A DNA stretch of 64,000 bases from Paramecium tetraurelia (taxonomy: Eukaryota). Location: contig CT867990.1 of assembly GCA_000165425.1 (NCBI GenBank), positions 1-64,000 of the forward strand. The letters are read 5' to 3'. Shown in pieces: positions 56,739 to 64,000 of the stretch (the first letter of the stretch is position 1; every line of letters begins with the position of its first letter). A program made the position numbers and the translations under genes. The notes beneath the pieces are model-generated. The model made no database searches, was not told the origin of the DNA, and saw nothing but the letters and a program-made list of their open reading frames with translations.

Positions 56739-57459
56739 TATTATTAATCAAATTTTTTCATTAATTTTATTCTTAAATATTTATATCTCTACACGTAAGC
56801 ATGTTTCAATTGTTTATTTATTACATTTTTATTATCATTCTATCCATAAAACTACCTTAACATCACTTTAATTTTTCATGAGCATTCATTTTAGGACTCT
56901 ATTAAAAATTAGTTATATTTATATCAAAAAGAAGGAGAGAGAGATTCCAAATTTATAATTTCATATTTCTGAATTTTTTTATGAATATTTCCACAAAAAA
57001 AAGATAATTGAGTATCCCATTACATTTTTGATCACACTAATTTATAAAATTTTATTTTTAGAATTATTTTGGTATTTTTAATAAATTTATTACCCCCACT
57101 CTAAATTCAATCTGGTCAACTTTTTAATGAGATATCAAATGAAATTGCCTTATTGGCAACTAAAGCCAAAAAGAATCAATAATATCAGAAAGCATTTATG
57201 AATTTCCTTAAAAATAGGTAGTAATTAATATAATACTAAAAATAAACTAGTTGTACTTTTTTTAGAGATTAAAAACAAATATGTTGCTAATTAAGATAAT
57301 GATTTTTTAATTAATTCTGCAGTACACTTTCTTACACAAATTTGACCAGATGAATTGTCAAATGTTTAATCATGAATATACTGTAAAAACTGAATCGAAT
57401 AATTTATTCTTCCTATAAAAACTACATTTTAGCATAGTTATATATTTATTAAAATATTT

Positions 57460-58920
57460 ATGAACAAATACACATTAATCTTTAAAGATAAAAATATCGA
57501 AAAAAACTATCAAGATTAGAAGACATATGGATAAAATATTATTATTGGAGGATTGACTATAAGTTTTCTTTTAAGGTGTATATTGAAAATAATTAATTTT
57601 GATTGGGTTAATACAGGAGTAAATTTAGGAGTTGTAATTGTGCTTCTTGTTCTGAGATGTTATTCAAAATATTATTTTTGTAAACGATTAAGTCTAATTA
57701 TTGCAAATTGTGGATTATCGATTTTAACATTTATGTACGAGGAGCCTCTTAATAATTATTATTCTCATTTAAGAGGAGGAAATAGTGCTTTTACTTCACT
57801 CATAATAGTATTTTCTGGTGATTTTCCTGAAGCGGTATTTTAAATCATCTTTATATAACTGGCTAAAGGGACCTTTACTATTTTATATAGCACTTAGAAT
57901 GAATATGAAGTATTATCCGGTAGCGTATTAGTAATGATAATAATGATCTATTATTTATATTTTCACCACAAAGCAATAAGGTCATAATATCTATTAACCT
58001 TGGTTGAATAAAAATGGGAGAACGTGTTGGAAAGTATTATTGAGAATCAATCATATTTCATTCTAACCTTTATCTCAGAAACCTATTAATTTAAGTTGGC
58101 ATCCTAACGCAATTGTGAATAATATTTTTACAATCAAGATTATAAGTAATTTCTAAGGGAATCTCAAATTGAAAAATCTACTTTAGAGCATTATTTTTTT
58201 GAATAAATCCAACTTCATCAAAGCAATGGCAATCCCACTAATTCATCAATCATATTTATTAAGAATTAACTCTCCCTGTTTAAACTTAAATACTCCATTT
58301 ATTTTGCGAATCAACCAACAATTTTAATTATATTTGAACCTGTTTAATAATCAAAAAACATAAATCTACATTTACTTTATAATAAAATCATTTTGTACTC
58401 TAGGATTTTATAGAGAGTAATAACCAATAACAATAATAATGTCAATTTCAGTAAACTACAAAAGCTTTAGAGGTTTTTAAGGTTAGAATCTCTATTGTAT
58501 AGGATAGAGAAAGGAAAGTATGCGGTGAATTCTATTAATTTAAAGAAATTTCTAGAAAAATTTGATCTCATCTAGGATTCTAACTTTGATGTTCTATATC
58601 ACGAAATCGAATTAAAAACAATACCATGTATATTAGGTGCTCTTATTTTAATTATTTAAAACTATTCGAAGGCAGCCATTAAAGTTGCTAATCAAAACAA
58701 AACTATCTCATTTCGCTTTTATTAGGAATCTGAATAAACTATTAAGTTAATTCTTCGTGGGAATTTCAACACATAGAAAATTTGTAAACTAATCGAAGAG
58801 TATAACGTTTAGTTTTTGACTATCATTAATCGCTTTCAGATTAAAAATAATCATAGTATCTAGATTACTTTGAATAGATAAGCCTACATCCCTTTTAGGC
58901 TAACTTAAATTGAAGAATGA
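57460..58920 (+). CDS. multi-pass membrane protein, same orphan family (apparently intronless, 486 aa)
   Basis: MNKYTLIFKDKNIEKNYQDQK, ~6 TM helices, …QFLRES…TLEHYF…QPTILIIF…AYIPF. Confidence 0.75.
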
Positions 58921-59002
58921 CCTATTTCTTAATAAATACATATATCCTTTATTATATTTGTTAATAATTTAGTATGCCATAAATATTTATTTTTAATCAA
59001 AT

Positions 59003-60507
59003 TCAATTATCAAGTATTTATTATTATTTTTCTTTGCCAGTGAATGGTATGTATGGATTCTTTTCAAAATAAAGATCAATACCTAGAATATATTAAAACA
59101 ATTACTGTTATTTGTAAGATTTGTAAACATGGCAAATCTACTGATATGTTCTTTATGGAAGGTAAAAAATGAGAGTAAAACTTTACAATTAAAGTTACCA
59201 TGAAAACGGAGTTGAATGTTCTCTTCTTCCTCTGGAGAAGTGTATCTCAATTTGATTAGGGAAGTATTTGTATTTGAAAATATCTTAAACAAAATTAAAC
59301 TAATTATATCTTTATTTGTCTTAAAGGTAATTTATGTCTTTGCGTTAATCTTAAGGATGATGTTAGGAAAATATTTTATCTACTCTGAAACTACTGTTTA
59401 AAGGTTAATTTCTTAAACTTATAATTCCCAACTATTTTGTAAATTCTGATAAATCTCAATCAAGCGAATTTTTTTCATAAAGTGAATATAAGATGGGTTA
59501 GTTTTATATTTTTTATTAAAACAATTTAATAATTTTATTAAGTATTAAAATAGGACTTTATTATTGATATTCCCTACAATATTTGATAACTACAATTTAG
59601 GTTTATGGAAAATCAATAAAATGGTTGGTTGATTTCCAAAAAAAATGGAAAATTCTAATTTTACCAACTCTCGATGTTTCTTGACAAAAATTTCTTTTCT
59701 AAAAATATCTATTCTTTTTGTTTGATATTCTTTCATCTAATCATATAAATAATCATTTAAGGATTTTTTATTATATTGTGCCTCTTTAAAGAAATTTAAA
59801 ATCTCTTCTTTATTTTTCATACATCTATTTTGAAAATTTTTTGCCATTAGAAATTCGAACTAAAATGAATTTTCATTGAAATTTAAAATGACATAAGATT
59901 GCTTATCGATTAGCTATCTTAAGATTGTCTCCCATTATCGATCTTTTTAAATTAGCATAAATTAGGCTCTCATTGCATCATTGTATTTATAATGAAAAAA
60001 TAAGTAGAACACAGAAACTAAGATCAGGCTTGAGATTGGATATAAACTAAGTGTTTTTGATTATTAAAAGACAAAATATATTCTGATTGCTGTAATTGAT
60101 ATCACCTATATTAATGCTTCAGGAAATTCACTTCCCATCGTTATTAAAAAGTTAGATCCCATCTAGTTCACTCCTTTTAAATGTGCAATAGCAACATCAG
60201 TTTCTTCATCAAATAAATAAAAAAATATTGTCAAAAGATGATTTGCTATTATTGAAAGGATTCTCAAGCTTAAATTATGTTTGGACAAAAAAATCTCTGC
60301 TGCGATGAAGAATAACAGCATAGATAAGTTTGGATAAAACCTATTGAAATCGCTACTTAATAAAAAGGTTAGGCATCTGAAAATAAAAGTGATCAAATAA
60401 CCTTTAGAAAGTAAATTAAAATGTGTCATCCTAATGCTCTAGAGAGACTGGGCCTAATAGCGAGCTTCAGTACTTTTATCTAAGAAAAACAATGTAAATT
60501 TATTCAT
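59003..60507 (-). CDS. multi-pass membrane protein, convergent paralog of 57460-58920
   Basis: MNKFTLFFLDKSTEARYQ, ~6 TM helices, …QPTILLIF…PYIPF; one 23-nt intron restores the frame. Confidence 0.75.
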
Positions 60508-60991
60508 TTTAAAATAATAATGGAATATTTCAATGTCTAATATATGGATACAATTCAAAAATCATCTATTTCAAATTTATCTTTTCAGTATTGAGCAAGG
60601 ACATAAATACATATTGAAATGAAATTTAATGACTTTTGCCTTTGAATATAATTAATTTAGTAATTATATGTATTTTTTTGTAAAAAAAATAATAATAATT
60701 TCCTAAAATGCCATCCCAAAAACTTAAAAAAGGCGATAATAATTAAAATTAATTTCAAAGCAGCATTGTTCTAAAGAAATTTTAATCTTTTAGCTCATAA
60801 AAAAAAATACCATTTCTAAAAACGTTGCTTTTTTGTCGGAATGTTAAATTTCCAAATCAATTTTATTAATAAATATAAAATTACAATTTACAAAAAATTT
60901 AAAACTCATTTCAAATAATTATGGAAAAAATCATTGAATGATATTAAGATGATATTTAGTTATGAAAATGATGAATGAATTAATATTAATT

Positions 60992-62175
60992 TCAAATAAT
61001 AAATACATCAGGTCTTTCATTAATGCTAGTTTTCTAATTATTAATAATTTAATACTTTTTATTTTTATTTGAATTTAAGGGTTGATTTGGCATCTAAAAA
61101 TGGTTTGGATTCATGATTAGGCCTATTCATCAGGTCATGATCTTATTCTTTGCTATTGGGACTGATCATTCTTTAACTTCTAGTTCTATTGAGGAGATGC
61201 TTTTCTTAAATGATGGTCTTAAGTTCTCTTTAGGCAACTTATTTCTCTTTTTCTGCCAGTTATCTAAACCTAACATCCCAATCTCTATATGATCTATCGA
61301 GTGTTAGGTTGATATCAGAACTAGATTGATCTGTGCCAAAGTATTCTTCTTCATCGATTCTTTGACTCTCGAATCTTGAAGTTTAAATAGCATCTTCTTG
61401 AGATTTTTAGAGTGTGAAATTGAATTATTCATCGAAATTGCTAATGGCATTATACTTTGAGAGAGGCAAATCTCTGACAAAGGTAGAGTCAAATGAAAAG
61501 AGTTGTGGGTTTTATTTATTTTTAGCTTTGGGTGAATCCTACTTGTGTTCTATTTGGTTGTATACAAATTATTATAGCAACGCGAAATCTAATTCAATGT
61601 TATTTTATTAGAGCAATTTTTATGAAGTTGAATGACTGGCAGACATTGATCTTCTTTTGACAATATCATTTTGGTAGTAGAGTTCAGAAAATAGTTTTGA
61701 GGGCATTTCTTATTTTAATTTTTTGGGAGTGATTGGTTCTAATTGTCCATTCAATTGTTTTTCAGAGGCAGTGAGAATATCATAAAGATCGTTGAATTGC
61801 TACGTAACTAGAAAGTCAAAGAATGACATATTTGGGTTCTATGCTGCAAGATCAAATAATTCAATTTTAAATTCCTTGATGGCTTTGATAATTTCGACAA
61901 TTATATTTTATTGCTAAGGAGGATTGGAGGCTATTTGAGGGTCAATACTCTGACCTTGGAGAGCTTGGATAATGAATTAAAAAGTGAATGTATAAAGTTG
62001 TTACCTAAAATTGTTATCAGATTTTCTATTTTTTTGTATTAATATAAATGTACATCTAAATTTGTAAAAATGTCGACACACTTTTAGCTAATTCCTCTAT
62101 CAGATGAGTGATGAGACCCAAATCGCCATTTTTAACTGAGGAAAGCAAACTGCATTCACTAAAACTCAATTTCAT
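60992..62175 (-). CDS. hypothetical protein
   Basis: Frame continuous from MKLSFSECSLLSSVKNGDLGL… with two short introns. Confidence 0.65.
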
Positions 62176-62311
62176 TTAAATTTAAATTATGAAATAATAA
62201 AAGGGTCTGTTAATGGAAGACAGATTGTAATCACAGTATTTTTGTATATGAATTTGTGTTATAATTCTAGTTAATTAATATTAAAATCTGTTAAAATTAT
62301 AGTTGTTAATA

Positions 62312-64000
62312 ATGAAATCAGACTCTTTGGCAGTAAGTGTATTATTTTTTGATTAGGAAGAATTATCAAATCAAGAACCCAATAGGTCGTGGAGCAGGTA
62401 GTTTTGTGTGTAAAATTGTCAACCGTTTAACTAAAGTAGAAATGGCTGCCAAGATCATACAAAAAACTGTATAGAATGCGCAAAAAATATAAAATGAAGT
62501 TACTATTCATTAAGAATTACATCATAAGAATATAGTGCATCTAATAGACATATTTGAAGATGCTGATAACAGTTATCTCATAATGGAATTATGTGATTCA
62601 GATATCTATTAGTTGGTAAAAAAGGAACCATTCACCGAATAATAAATACGATATTATGGCAGAGAATTGGCAGAAGGCTTAAAGTATTTACATACTCACA
62701 ATATAATCCACAGAGATATCAAATTAGGTAACTTATTGATCTAAAATGATACCCTTAAAATTGCAGATTTTGGATTGGCTGTAAAATTAAACAACGATGA
62801 AGAAGAGAGAAACACTCTATGTGGAACTCCTAATTATATAAGTCCTGAAATCATAAACCAATAACCTTATGGAAAGAAAGTGGATTTGTGGAGTATGGGA
62901 TGTTGCTTATATGCTATGGCTAAAGGACATGGACCCTTTGAAGAAAAGAATGCTCCTTTGGGTGAAGTTTTGAGAAGAGTCAAAATTGGCGATTTCGACT
63001 TACCCAAAGATTTCAGTGAGGTCTTTAAAGATCTAATAATCAATTTATTAAATTTGGATGCCGATTAAAGATACTCTATTGAAAAGATAATGAAACATCC
63101 TTTTTTTATTGAATCTATCCCACCTAAGGTTTAGAGTAGGAATCAATCTAGTTCATAAATTAAGTAACTTCTAGATTTGAGTCCTTTTGTAAAACAACAA
63201 TAACATAGATCTACTTGTTCGATGATTGGATTGGAGAAATAATAAATTGTAGCTTCTTTTATATAGAAATAATAACAATTAGGAGGAAAGAAGCTCTTAT
63301 TTGGTTAAACTACCAATAGCAAAGGAGGGTTAAAATAAAATTATCACCTGGAGAATGTTCCTCGATTTTTCTTGCCTTAAGAATCTCATTCTAATAACAC
63401 AAGCTGTAATCATTACAATAAAGAAAACATTTACAAAGAAAACTGCAATAAGGAAAACATAAGAGACAACAGTGTCAAACTAATAAAACATAATTCTTCA
63501 ACCATTAATGTTTATAATGAATCTCCGATAAAATTAGGGGATTTAAAACAATGTAAGTTATAGACAAAGAATGGATTATTGTAAATACATGAAGATGGCA
63601 GATTTTAAATGGATGTATGCAATAAAGATTTAAACTTTATTATTTAACCAAATGGATAAGAAGTAATTCTTATATTAATATGATAGGTTTTGGTTCAAAA
63701 AAAGGGGTAAAAACCAAAACAATATAGATTAAATGAACTACCTTAAAAACTGTAGAAGTTTTATACTTATTCAAAACAAGTTTGTAATGCAATCAGGGAA
63801 AGGAATTAAAAACAAAGGATTAATAATGAACATGGAAATTTTGCTTTGAAAAACACAAAATTAGGATAATGTTTTGAAGGATACATAGCATAGTCTAAAA
63901 TAAAAGTACATTCTTTATTAATAATATGATTAGATTTAACACATATTGAATTCAGATACAATAAAATTGTAAATGTAAAATGGATCTATCAAATCTATAA
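62312..64000 (+). CDS. PLK4: Polo-like kinase 4 (SAK)-like kinase, runs off the window end
   Basis: [47 protein letters not shown]; downstream [26 protein letters not shown]…[26 protein letters not shown] resembles the PLK4 cryptic polo box. Confidence 0.75.

Overview
AT-rich ciliate nuclear DNA, very probably a Paramecium species. Genes read only with the ciliate code (TAA/TAG = Gln, TGA = stop) and carry tiny 20-30 nt GT..AG introns, so the supplied standard-code ORF track shows only fragments and shadow ORFs. The window has two parts. (1) Positions ~1-14,600 are gene-poor and eroded. They hold pseudogene fragments, a 150-N gap, an H-type-lectin gene, a (TAA)13 tract and, most notably, a decayed APE-endonuclease + reverse-transcriptase non-LTR retrotransposon (LINE ORF2) on the minus strand at ~4,950-7,270. 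(2) Positions ~14,600-64,000 are gene-dense and look macronuclear, with about 30 genes. These include a trichocyst-matrix-like protein, a chromo-shadow-only protein, FAM221A, four protein kinases (one a PLK4-like kinase with a cryptic polo box), bZIP, Myb, three tandem HSF genes, an importin-like protein, choline kinase, PWWP+TFIIS-M, TM-SPRY, SF-assemblin, WD40, four related multi-TM orphan proteins, an HDEL-ending ER protein, tRNA-Thr(CGT) and a CFAP298 pseudogene. All calls come from manual translation and motif recognition; no database search was run. Gene ends that depend on intron choice are approximate.
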